Part shown: piece after piece, positions 47,499 to 55,360 of the stretch | How positions within the stretch are numbered: position 1 is the stretch's first letter | Layout: every line of letters starts with the position of its first letter | Virus record (IMG/VR): IMGVR_UViG_3300050821_001073 | DNA length: 64,000 bases | DNA from: an uncultured virus (IMG/VR IMGVR_UViG_3300050821_001073) | Taxonomy: Duplodnaviria > Heunggongvirae > Uroviricota > Caudoviricetes | Direction: 5' to 3' (one strand) | The notes under the pieces: model-generated | What the model saw: the letters and a program-made list of their open reading frames with translations, nothing else | The model's database searches: none | Told to the model about the DNA's origin: nothing | Made by a program: the position numbers and the translations under genes

Positions 47499-50020
47499 TT
47501 GCTCCAAACTTTCGATACGTTGTACTCTGAAGTCATCTCTACTCGCTTCATCTTAACAGCAGCGGCTCTCTTAAAGCAATCCTGAATATGCTTTGCAACT
47601 TCTTCCGCGTATTGCGTAGGAACGTGGATCACTAGTTCATCATGTATCATGCTCCTAAACTGTGCCTTATACTTAGGTAACACATGGAAAAGAAACGGTT
47701 TACCATCTTTATCGAATCCTGAACCTACGGCTATCTTGATAATTGAGACGTTACCCGATTGAATCTCATGATTCTTACCCTGGCGCTCAATGCTTCCTAG
47801 AAGTCCTCGGTATTCCTTCTGGATCTGACCATCCGAAGGCTGTACCTTTAGCAGTTCTATCTTCTCGTCCTTCTTTGGCTTCCTTTCGTTCTCTTCTATG
47901 AACTTACTAATGGCCGATTCCTGAACAGCTTCCGTCGCATACTTCTTGGCTGTCTCCCAGTTCGGATTAGGAAAGATCCTACGGCGTCCGAAGAAGTCTC
48001 TGGCTTCTTTCTTGATCTTCGCACGCTTGCCTGCGTCTTCTAGGTAGTTCCAGATGTTAGGAAATGCCCTGCGGTGCCTCTCCATGATGTCTTTACACTC
48101 GTTTACAGTCTTACCCGTATCCACGGCCAGCTTATTGGGACCGCCACCGTTCACTAACAGGAAGGTACAGGACTTGGTGCCGTTGCGTAGGTCTTCATGC
48201 TGCGGACAACCCTTGCCGCACTTGCCTTTCTTGATTTCACCATTAGGCTGTAGTGCGTAGTACCCGCAGGCGTCCGTGGCCAACATAGGCCATTCTTGGG
48301 CGTATAGAATAGCAGTTGAGATAGAGTGTAGATCCTCATTCCTTTGGAACGCTTCTATCCAGGTTTTGTCATTAGCCAATTCTGCCAGGATGCGAAGTTC
48401 AGCGCCTGACATGTCACACGTAATCAATACGTAATCCTCTGCCTTAGTCTGACAAAGTTGCCTGCAAGTCAAACATCTCGGACCTTCGTTCATAACCGTG
48501 TCAAAAGTCGTCTCAGATTCACAGCATATGGAAATCTGTATATCAGGATTCGGACCATCCGCTTCAAAACACTCCCGAATCTCTTTACCCTTGGGAATGT
48601 TCTGAGCATTCGGCTTGCTGCTGCTCGTTCGGCCTGTTTCGGCTTCGTACTGATTGAATTCACTGTGGAGTCTACCGTCGCCTGGGTGCAGGAAACCTTC
48701 TTCCTTCTTCGGTCCAGTCATCCAGGTAGTAGCCCACGTCATGCCATAGGTGTCCACTTCCTTATTAATCGAACGGAAGTCTCGTAACAACTTGATAACA
48801 GGGATCTTAGCGAAATCTGCCAAGGAGTCATCGTTCGTGTCTTTCAGCTTGCTCAGTCCTGACATTTGTTTCAATGCGGTCAACAACTGATCCGTAGATG
48901 AATAGTTAATTAGTGCCTGACCTTCACATGTCGGCAGTAGCTTACGTAAGAATGTCAGTCGCTTGCTAATAACCGATTGAATCCCTTTTATGTTCTCTTT
49001 CTCTTCCTTACGGGCTGTCTCTAGCATGTCTAATGCTTTACGTAACAAGGCTTTACGTTCAGGATCTTGTTGTCTACGTACCTCGCCCTTTAACTTAACC
49101 TCATTAGCTGGAACAATCATAAGCGCCTTCCACTGCGCATGAAGTTCATCGGATTGTTCCTTAGTTACAATGTCTTTCGTTTTATCTCCCACAATTGGAA
49201 TGAAATATTTGTCCATTGCGGCGATCACTTCTACCAATTCTGCTTTCTTAGCATCCGTTCTGGCAGTCCACTTGGCAACGTTAAGGTTCTGGCCATGAAC
49301 GTGCATATCCACGAACGCTCCGATAGCATCATTTTCCAACTGGATGACTTCTAACAGTCCGTCCTTCTGCGCTAGGCGCAATTGTGCAGTGCGTATGGCA
49401 AAAGGTAGGCGCGTATCCAACGCTGCGTACTGTATCTGTTCAGGAGTCAATGGCGTGTGAAGATCGAACGATGTCTGGAGTTCCTTATCGATCTGGACCT
49501 CGAAGTACCTCTGCATAAGCGTTTCCATGGAGAACTCTGAGTACTTCTTTAGACTTATCTCTCCTGCGCGTATGCAGCGTTCTGCTAACATACCATCGTA
49601 CAGTCCGTAGATCCTTCTGCCGAAGTTCCAGTACATGTGAGTAGCTTCAAATGAGAGGTTGATTCCTAGCTTAATGTGTTGATTAGAAAGGAGTACCGAG
49701 TCACAAGTTTCCAGCACCAGCTTGAGTCCCTGTGTCATGTTTTTCCCATAATGACCCTGACTGTTAGCTAATACTTCCCCGTTACCATCCACGAACGCAA
49801 GTAAGTCCACGACATACTGCTCATCCTTGTTTCCGAATTGAAGGGTACGCACTCCGCGCCAGTAGAAGTCGTTGGTTACATTCGTTTCAATATCGAAGCC
49901 CACGTCCGTAACTCGGTCAAGAAAACTTGCCATCTGACCAAGACTCTTCCCATCCACAACCAGTGTTACATTGTTTGGTGGGTTCAATATTAGCTGTTTA
50001 AACTCTTGGCCTTCAATCAT
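47495..50020 (-). CDS. polA: family A DNA polymerase with 3'-5' exonuclease
   Basis: FDIET, YAALD, TGRTSS..PNAQNIP, DMSGAELR (motif A), R...K...F (motif B), IHDE (motif C). Confidence 0.95.
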   Translation of the reverse strand: MIEGQEFKQLILNPPNNVTLVVDGKSLGQMASFLDRVTDVGFDIETNVTNDFYWRGVRTLQFGNKDEQYVVDLLAFVDGNGEVLANSQGHYGKNMTQGLKLVLETCDSVLLSNQHIKLGINLSFEATHMYWNFGRRIYGLYDGMLAERCIRAGEISLKKYSEFSMETLMQRYFEVQIDKELQTSFDLHTPLTPEQIQYAALDTRLPFAIRTAQLRLAQKDGLLEVIQLENDAIGAFVDMHVHGQNLNVAKWTARTDAKKAELVEVIAAMDKYFIPIVGDKTKDIVTKEQSDELHAQWKALMIVPANEVKLKGEVRRQQDPERKALLRKALDMLETARKEEKENIKGIQSVISKRLTFLRKLLPTCEGQALINYSSTDQLLTALKQMSGLSKLKDTNDDSLADFAKIPVIKLLRDFRSINKEVDTYGMTWATTWMTGPKKEEGFLHPGDGRLHSEFNQYEAETGRTSSSKPNAQNIPKGKEIRECFEADGPNPDIQISICCESETTFDTVMNEGPRCLTCRQLCQTKAEDYVLITCDMSGAELRILAELANDKTWIEAFQRNEDLHSISTAILYAQEWPMLATDACGYYALQPNGEIKKGKCGKGCPQHEDLRNGTKSCTFLLVNGGGPNKLAVDTGKTVNECKDIMERHRRAFPNIWNYLEDAGKRAKIKKEARDFFGRRRIFPNPNWETAKKYATEAVQESAISKFIEENERKPKKDEKIELLKVQPSDGQIQKEYRGLLGSIERQGKNHEIQSGNVSIIKIAVGSGFDKDGKPFLFHVLPKYKAQFRSMIHDELVIHVPTQYAEEVAKHIQDCFKRAAAVKMKRVEMTSEYNVSKVWSK

Positions 50021-50167
50021 TTACCAACCTCCACAAGCACTATAATAGTTTGAATCACTCTTACTAAAAAACCAATAACTAGTATAGCAACTTCGGTAAT
50101 AGCCTCTATTATGGGAGTTGCAAGGTGTTGATGGCATTCTTCGTATCTGTCTTGTAGTAAGGTTCAT
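50021..50167 (-). CDS. micro-peptide family member (48 aa), leaderless, first cistron of the pol operon
   Basis: MNLTTRQIRRMPSTPCNSHNRGYYRSCYTSYWFFSKSDSNYYSACGGW; TTGACA-N17-TAGGCT 6 nt upstream of ATG. Confidence 0.75.
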   Translation of the reverse strand: MNLTTRQIRRMPSTPCNSHNRGYYRSCYTSYWFFSKSDSNYYSACGGW

Positions 50168-50229
50168 ATGCAGAGCCTATCTCATCATATACTGTGTGTC
50201 AAGTATAATACTAACATTAGAACATTAGA

Positions 50230-51026
50230 GTCTGTAAAGAACCGTCAGGGCAATAGGGTACCGTTTCTCTCTGGATATACAGTCTCTCAGTGGTTGCCCT
50301 TTTCTTAGGTCTTATCCCCTGCTCTGTATTCAGATCGACACACCATGTACTTATTGCACGATGATGGTAGAAGCGGTAATGCCTTATCGTTAGATTGTAA
50401 ACTAGCCTATAGATCTGTTATGTCCTAGGCCGATTTACGTGGATTTCAACGTCCCAGTACAAGTTTAGCTAAGCAGTGTGTGTTCCAAAGCTTTTGCACG
50501 CTACGAGATGTTTCTTGGAGTTCAACTCCGCACCAAACGGGTAACACTTGTCTGGCTCTCTATTGCGATTGTGTAACTTATACCACTGGCCCCGGCTTTC
50601 ACGCGGCCATCGCTTGCTGAAGGCGTCTCTTTTGGATCGGTTCCCACGGATTCTAATTATCCGCTCTTACTACAGTCACGCTACTAGGTTCCCGGCTTTT
50701 ACACCGTTCCAGTTTGAGTTTCCGATTTATTCTTTTTCCAGCACTTTTGAAGAAGCCCGAAGGCTCGTTCAACCCGTGTGGCGGAACTGTGTTCAGTTGG
50801 TTGCACAAGCATTACCCGTATGCAGCAACTGCTTTTGGTTTGGAGACATGACCACCTAAGGTCAACGTACTCAGTACGTGTAAAGGGTTCGCTCTCCAGC
50901 GTGTGATGACTTGTCTTAGTCAGTATTTATCCCGACCCAAGCCTTAAAGCCCTTGTACATTTAGCCCTTTCGGGCTCCCCTGTATTACTGGATCTGACCA
51001 GCTACAGAGGCTTTTTCTTGACTACA
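50230..51026 (-). ncRNA. candidate large structured non-coding RNA (~750-800 nt)
   Basis: own TTGACA-N17-TATTCT promoter (51032-51060); no credible ORF; GAAA and UUCG tetraloop hairpins; 5'/3' long-range complementarity. Confidence 0.6.
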
Positions 51027-51083
51027 CTTCTAGAATAACATGAGTTTTTGTGAATGTCAAGTGTTTTCTGAAAATAATTTATC

Positions 51084-51112
51084 TTGACAGACCTTATTAA
51101 CTTTGTTAATAT
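51084..51112 (+). promoter_or_regulatory. sigma70 promoter of the plus-strand peptide array
   Basis: TTGACA-N17-TAATAT, 6 nt before ATG. Confidence 0.7.
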
Positions 51113-51118
51113 AAGGAT

Positions 51119-51262
51119 ATGGTCATATCAGTAATAGGAATTAGTCGCAGTTCTCTATGGAAAAGATCCGTAAATGAAGGATGGTACTGTAGCCAAAGTA
51201 CCTATTATGCAGGGTCAGCTTGCGGTAGAGCCCATTACAAAAGTTTCTGTGGAGGGCTGTGA
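51119..51262 (+). CDS. micro-peptide family member (47 aa)
   Basis: MVISVIGISRSSLWKRSVNEGWYCSQSTYYAGSACGRAHYKSFCGGL. Confidence 0.75.
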   Translation: MVISVIGISRSSLWKRSVNEGWYCSQSTYYAGSACGRAHYKSFCGGL

Positions 51263-51346
51263 TGGTCATTCTTCAGCCTTCAACTTACGTCGGGCTGTGT
51301 GTCAGTGTCCCATAACTGCAATTCCAGTCGATGTGGGAGGCTATGA
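51262..51346 (+). pseudogene. frameshifted, shortened micro-peptide unit
   Basis: starts MVIL but stops after 17 aa; the family-type end ...SHNCNSSRCGRL lies in another frame. Confidence 0.55.
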
Positions 51347-51492
51347 TGGTTCTAATGGCTCGCATTTGGAAGACATTACAGTATAACCCCTATAGACCTT
51401 CCAGGCCGTTTAGTTCATGGTCAGAAGGTTGGGTTAGCAGCGCAAGTTCGACGTATAGGCAGGCCGACTTCAGTAACTGTGGAGGTTGGTAA
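51343..51492 (+). CDS. micro-peptide family member (49 aa)
   Basis: MMVLMARIWKTLQYNPYRPSRPFSSWSEGWVSSASSTYRQADFSNCGGW. Confidence 0.75.
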   Translation: MMVLMARIWKTLQYNPYRPSRPFSSWSEGWVSSASSTYRQADFSNCGGW

Positions 51493-51659
51493 TGGTCCTG
51501 GCGAGAACCAACCCATACGCTGATTCCTATAGCGACCGTTATATAGGCTCGTTTTCGGGCAACGGCAGCAGCGGACACGGAACCATGGCGAGTTATATTC
51601 AAGGTTGGAGAATATCATATAGTCATAGTGAGAATTTAAGCTTCTCTTCAATGATTTAA
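51492..51659 (+). CDS. micro-peptide family member (55 aa)
   Basis: MVLARTNPYADSYSDRYIGSFSGNGSSGHGTMASYIQGWRISYSHSENLSFSSMI. Confidence 0.7.
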   Translation: MVLARTNPYADSYSDRYIGSFSGNGSSGHGTMASYIQGWRISYSHSENLSFSSMI

Positions 51660-51922
51660 TCTCTTTAGAATCAATTAGTTAGAAGTTATTTAGGCCTAAT
51701 AGACAAAAGTTCGTAGTACAATATAAGTATAGAGGAAATAAAGACGTAGGGCCTTATAAGAATACCAAGGGTGCTCCCTGCGACTACCAAACGCGATACT
51801 GGTCTACTTATATTGCGAGGTAGGCTAATACTCCTCAGCTACAAACCTCAACTGTAGCCCTTAGCTGAAATGCCGCTGGCTCCTTCCACAGTCAGCGGCT
51901 CCTCTTTAAATTAGGAGTAATT

Positions 51923-52276
51923 ATGCGCGCAGGCAATACAGCGAATAGTCTTAGACCGAGACAAGTAGGCAATAGTATGGGACCGGATCAAGTTGAGGAA
52001 GGCGTATCAGGTACGCAACGAGTCGCCGAAGAAGTGGCTCAAATAGATTTAAGCATTCCACCGAGCATCGGAGAATGGGCTGATCCGGATGTTGCAGTCG
52101 CTCCGGTTGAAGAGCTGATCGCAGAGACTACTACAGAGAAACTTCCCGCAGAAGTTGAGCCTACGGAGCCCTTCATATGGGATCTTTACCACATAGTTAG
52201 GGAATTGTCAGACAGAGTAGCGAGTCTGGAAGCTCGTATAGAAATGCATAACATTCGCTCATCCCACAAGATTTGA
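51923..52276 (+). CDS. acidic hypothetical protein
   Basis: AGGAG RBS; C-terminal coiled coil. Confidence 0.65.
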   Translation: MRAGNTANSLRPRQVGNSMGPDQVEEGVSGTQRVAEEVAQIDLSIPPSIGEWADPDVAVAPVEELIAETTTEKLPAEVEPTEPFIWDLYHIVRELSDRVASLEARIEMHNIRSSHKI

Positions 52277-52433
52277 GCCACAAGTTGGGGCGCAACAGGC
52301 AGTTCGCCCACAGCCGTATTCTAACGGCAAACCGAGGATAGGTGGTCGAACCCTTAAAACGGGTCCCACCTACCACTCACAAAATTGGGACTGAAACACT
52401 AGTCCACAGCCGTTTTACGGCAACCAAACGAAG

Positions 52434-52468
52434 ATGGCGTATCCTTAATTGGGTGCGTCATTTTTTAT
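52434..52468 (+). terminator. intrinsic terminator
   Basis: ATGGCGTATCC-TTAATT-GGGTGCGTCAT + T-run. Confidence 0.7.
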
Positions 52469-52493
52469 TTGTCTAGTAAAGCGGAAGGGTGCC

Positions 52494-52910
52494 ATGCTAG
52501 AGATAATCGTTCAGATAAAAAGGAATCAATTAAACTACTTCAGATCCAAGGCTAGGAACACGGACCTAGAGATAGAGGCATTGCTAATCGGATCAGTAGT
52601 TGGTGGAACGGTTACAGTAAATAGTATGGAGTACACCAAAAGTTATGCGGAGCAGACCACGGCGTCTGTGCAATGGCACGATGAAGAATACCAAAGAGTG
52701 AAGGACAAGGCTGAACGATTAGGTTTGGACATTGTAGGTGACATCCACTCACATCCTAATTGGGATGCTGCACCGTCACCATCGGATTACAAGGCGCTGC
52801 TGGCTATCGGTCATAGTATATTGGGCATCTGTAGTACCAATGACCGCAAGACCAGAGTGCGCTTCTGGGTAGCTAATTCTTGTCTTTGTACCAGCATCGT
52901 TTACGTATAG
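52494..52910 (+). CDS. JAB/MPN (Mov34) metalloprotease domain protein
   Basis: E...LIG ... VGDIHSHP....PSPSD JAMM motif. Confidence 0.85.
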   Translation: MLEIIVQIKRNQLNYFRSKARNTDLEIEALLIGSVVGGTVTVNSMEYTKSYAEQTTASVQWHDEEYQRVKDKAERLGLDIVGDIHSHPNWDAAPSPSDYKALLAIGHSILGICSTNDRKTRVRFWVANSCLCTSIVYV

Positions 52911-52918
52911 GAGCGACT

Positions 52919-53206
52919 TTGAGAAAAGACGTAAAACATAGTCGCAACTTGAACCGGATGGCGAATGAACCCGGACTTTTGCCTAGGCATAGGTTACTCT
53001 GCGAAATGTTGCTCCTAGCTTTAGACCATCAGGATTCACCTCTTGGAGAGCGATACCTACGACTCACAGAGAAGGTTTTCAGCGGGAAAGCTAATGGAAA
53101 AGAACCAAACATGTACGCCTTATTGGAAGATGATGAAGAGACGGTTGAGGACACTTCCAGTGTTCTTAAGTCCGTATTTGAGTCGGTAGATATTAAGGAA
53201 CAATAA
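52919..53206 (+). CDS. hypothetical protein
   Basis: AGGAG RBS before TTG start. Confidence 0.5.
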   Translation: MRKDVKHSRNLNRMANEPGLLPRHRLLCEMLLLALDHQDSPLGERYLRLTEKVFSGKANGKEPNMYALLEDDEETVEDTSSVLKSVFESVDIKEQ

Positions 53207-53210
53207 ATAA

Positions 53211-53912
53211 ATGGCACTTGATTTTTCTAAAGTATTAACAAATCCATCCCCTATAATTCCTAATCCATGGAAATGGCTCGCACCTAAAAATGCCGGGGAT
53301 ACTGGCGGTCCTAACTCTCTCCCAGATGGTTTGCACGGTACTTGCCCTACACTTAGGGATAACGCTCCTGCTGAAACGATTATAGCGTTTGCTCCGGTAG
53401 TTAGAGCGGCAGGACAGCCTTATAATACGCTGTTCATCGAACAAGCGGTTACTGGTACTCCAGTGACGTTCATGAGCCAAGGTACAAATTGGACATTTGT
53501 GACGCAATCAGCGATAGATGATCTAGTGGCAGTTGAAACTGATTTACAGTTTACGCTAAATGGCACAGTGTTTGATGCAGGAATTCAGTGGCTGCTACAT
53601 AGTCAGCAAGTCCGTGTATTTGATTATAGTTTAGGAGCATGGCAACCTGGAGTTTCAGTCGGTTTTACGCCAACCACGTCTCCTTCATATGTCTCATATG
53701 AATTTATGACAGAAATTGCGTTGACTTCGACACATCTTACCTATACTGCAATATGGATTGCGGGAGTACGGCACACGCTAGGCTACACCACTATCGGGGT
53801 TCCTAATGTGTATCCTGGAGCTACGGCACTTAATATTGGCCTTCAACTTGATGGAGATAACACCGGCAGAACAGCTTCCGTAGTCGCGGAGACGGCCTGC
53901 GTGGTTCGCTAA
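53211..53912 (+). CDS. beta-rich hypothetical protein (possible virion/lectin-like)
   Basis: 233 aa, T/V/G/P-rich. Confidence 0.6.
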   Translation: MALDFSKVLTNPSPIIPNPWKWLAPKNAGDTGGPNSLPDGLHGTCPTLRDNAPAETIIAFAPVVRAAGQPYNTLFIEQAVTGTPVTFMSQGTNWTFVTQSAIDDLVAVETDLQFTLNGTVFDAGIQWLLHSQQVRVFDYSLGAWQPGVSVGFTPTTSPSYVSYEFMTEIALTSTHLTYTAIWIAGVRHTLGYTTIGVPNVYPGATALNIGLQLDGDNTGRTASVVAETACVVR

Positions 53913-53921
53913 AAAGGACAA

Positions 53922-54407
53922 ATGGCAACAGAGATAATCAACCGGCTATACATCGGCGACGATGAAGATTACGATAAGCGTAAAGACAAACCGGGTTGGT
54001 CATTCTGCCGTGCGTGTAGGGATTGTGAGGGCGGTCATAGAGATGTAGTAGGCTACACTGGCCGCTCAGCACCCAAGGATAAGGATTACTTCTACGCACG
54101 CCCCACTGAGAACCATATGGCATTGAATCTCATAGATGCAGATGAGCCACACTACATTAGAGATGAAGTGATTGATCCTGCACTGAAGTTCATCCAGGAA
54201 CGTTTGGATGCTGGTGACCGAGTTCTGGTAGCCTGCAATAGAGGTATAAGCCGCTCACCAAGTATAGTACTACTATACCTTAGACACATTAAAGACCTGC
54301 CAATGGGTTCTCATCATGGGATCGCACAGTTCAAGAAACTGTATCCTAAGTATAACCCGAATACAGGCATGCTCCACTACGTTAAAAGCAATTACTCTCG
54401 TATGTAA
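53922..54407 (+). CDS. dual-specificity protein phosphatase
   Basis: RLYIG, VLVACNRGISRS (CX5R). Confidence 0.9.
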   Translation: MATEIINRLYIGDDEDYDKRKDKPGWSFCRACRDCEGGHRDVVGYTGRSAPKDKDYFYARPTENHMALNLIDADEPHYIRDEVIDPALKFIQERLDAGDRVLVACNRGISRSPSIVLLYLRHIKDLPMGSHHGIAQFKKLYPKYNPNTGMLHYVKSNYSRM

Positions 54408-54417
54408 AGGAAAAGAC

Positions 54418-54738
54418 ATGGATCATAAATCAGCAATGGACAGTATGGGTGGAGCACACCACGAAGAAAAGCCCAAGAAAGAAATCAAGCACATCGAAGT
54501 GAAAAAGGGCAAGTCCGGTGGGCACATTATCACGCACCATCACACGCACCCCTCGCATGCTCCAGAAGAGCACGCCACGGGATCAGATGATCAGATGATG
54601 GACCATATGACCGAACATATGACCACTCCTGGACCTAGCGAACAAGCCGCAGATGCCGGACAGACCGGAATGCCAGCAGCCGCTGGAGCCCCCGCAGCAG
54701 CAGCACCGGCAGGAGCAGCGCCCGCAGGAGGAATGTAA
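54418..54738 (+). CDS. His-rich hypothetical protein, paralog of the 2631..3224 C-terminus
   Basis: AAGGA RBS before MDHKS; HIEVKKGKSGGHIITH...APEEH. Confidence 0.65.
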   Translation: MDHKSAMDSMGGAHHEEKPKKEIKHIEVKKGKSGGHIITHHHTHPSHAPEEHATGSDDQMMDHMTEHMTTPGPSEQAADAGQTGMPAAAGAPAAAAPAGAAPAGGM

Positions 54739-54956
54739 TGGCTAAAGCAAAGAATCCAGGACTTTACCGTGCAATTCACAAGCTGAAGCACGGGGGCCTT
54801 CACGACGCTTTAAATATTCCTCGGGATCAGAAGATTCCCGAATCCAAGATCGCCGCAGCTAAGAACAGCAAGAATTCACATATTTCCAAGATGGCAAACT
54901 TTGCCTCAGTGATGTCAGGCTTCAAGCATAGCGGTCCTAAGTCGAAAAAGAAATAG
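54738..54956 (+). CDS. small basic hypothetical protein
   Basis: GGLH..L.IP.D.KIP..K...A; GGAGG RBS. Confidence 0.65.
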   Translation: MAKAKNPGLYRAIHKLKHGGLHDALNIPRDQKIPESKIAAAKNSKNSHISKMANFASVMSGFKHSGPKSKKK

Positions 54957-55360
54957 TTTTAGAGTTTGTGGGCAGTGCGCATGCTTTTCCTTCCAGTTTG
55001 GCATGCTGTAGCTTGTAACGCCCAGTGCGAGCGGAGAGTCCGAATGGCTGATGGCCATATAGACCCGCATTACAGCAGCCCACAACGTGCCCAAGAGTCG
55101 AGTCGCCAACGCGGTTCCTCTTGGGCAGATATTCGTGTTGGAGGAGATTAAAAAAGATGTGCTATATACCTTTCACAGGGTTTGGAGGTGACCAACCTTA
55201 CAACCCATATGTCCCAAACTGGCCCTATAATCCGCCATATTTGAGTTGGCCAATAACTGTAGTTGACCAACGAGATAGCCGAATTGCTGAACTAGAAAAG
55301 CAAGTATCAGAACTAAAAGAGTTTGTACAGAAGTTTAAAGACATAGTGAAATAGGGAATC

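Noticed and set aside
50548..50859. 103-aa plus-strand ORF
   Set aside because: TTG start without RBS, atypical composition, antisense to the promoter-driven structured RNA candidate
51174..51386. 70-aa ORF MKDGTVAKVP
   Set aside because: Out-of-frame overlap with promoter-proximal, coupled peptide units that fit the family pattern
14542..51659. Diversity-generating retroelement or classical RiPP cluster as the explanation for the peptides
   Set aside because: No reverse transcriptase, TR/VR near-identical pair, YcaO, radical-SAM or LanM gene is visible in this window; cannot be excluded for the rest of the genome
51730..52470. tRNA genes
   Set aside because: Hairpins are present but no T-loop (GTTCRA) within a cloverleaf was found
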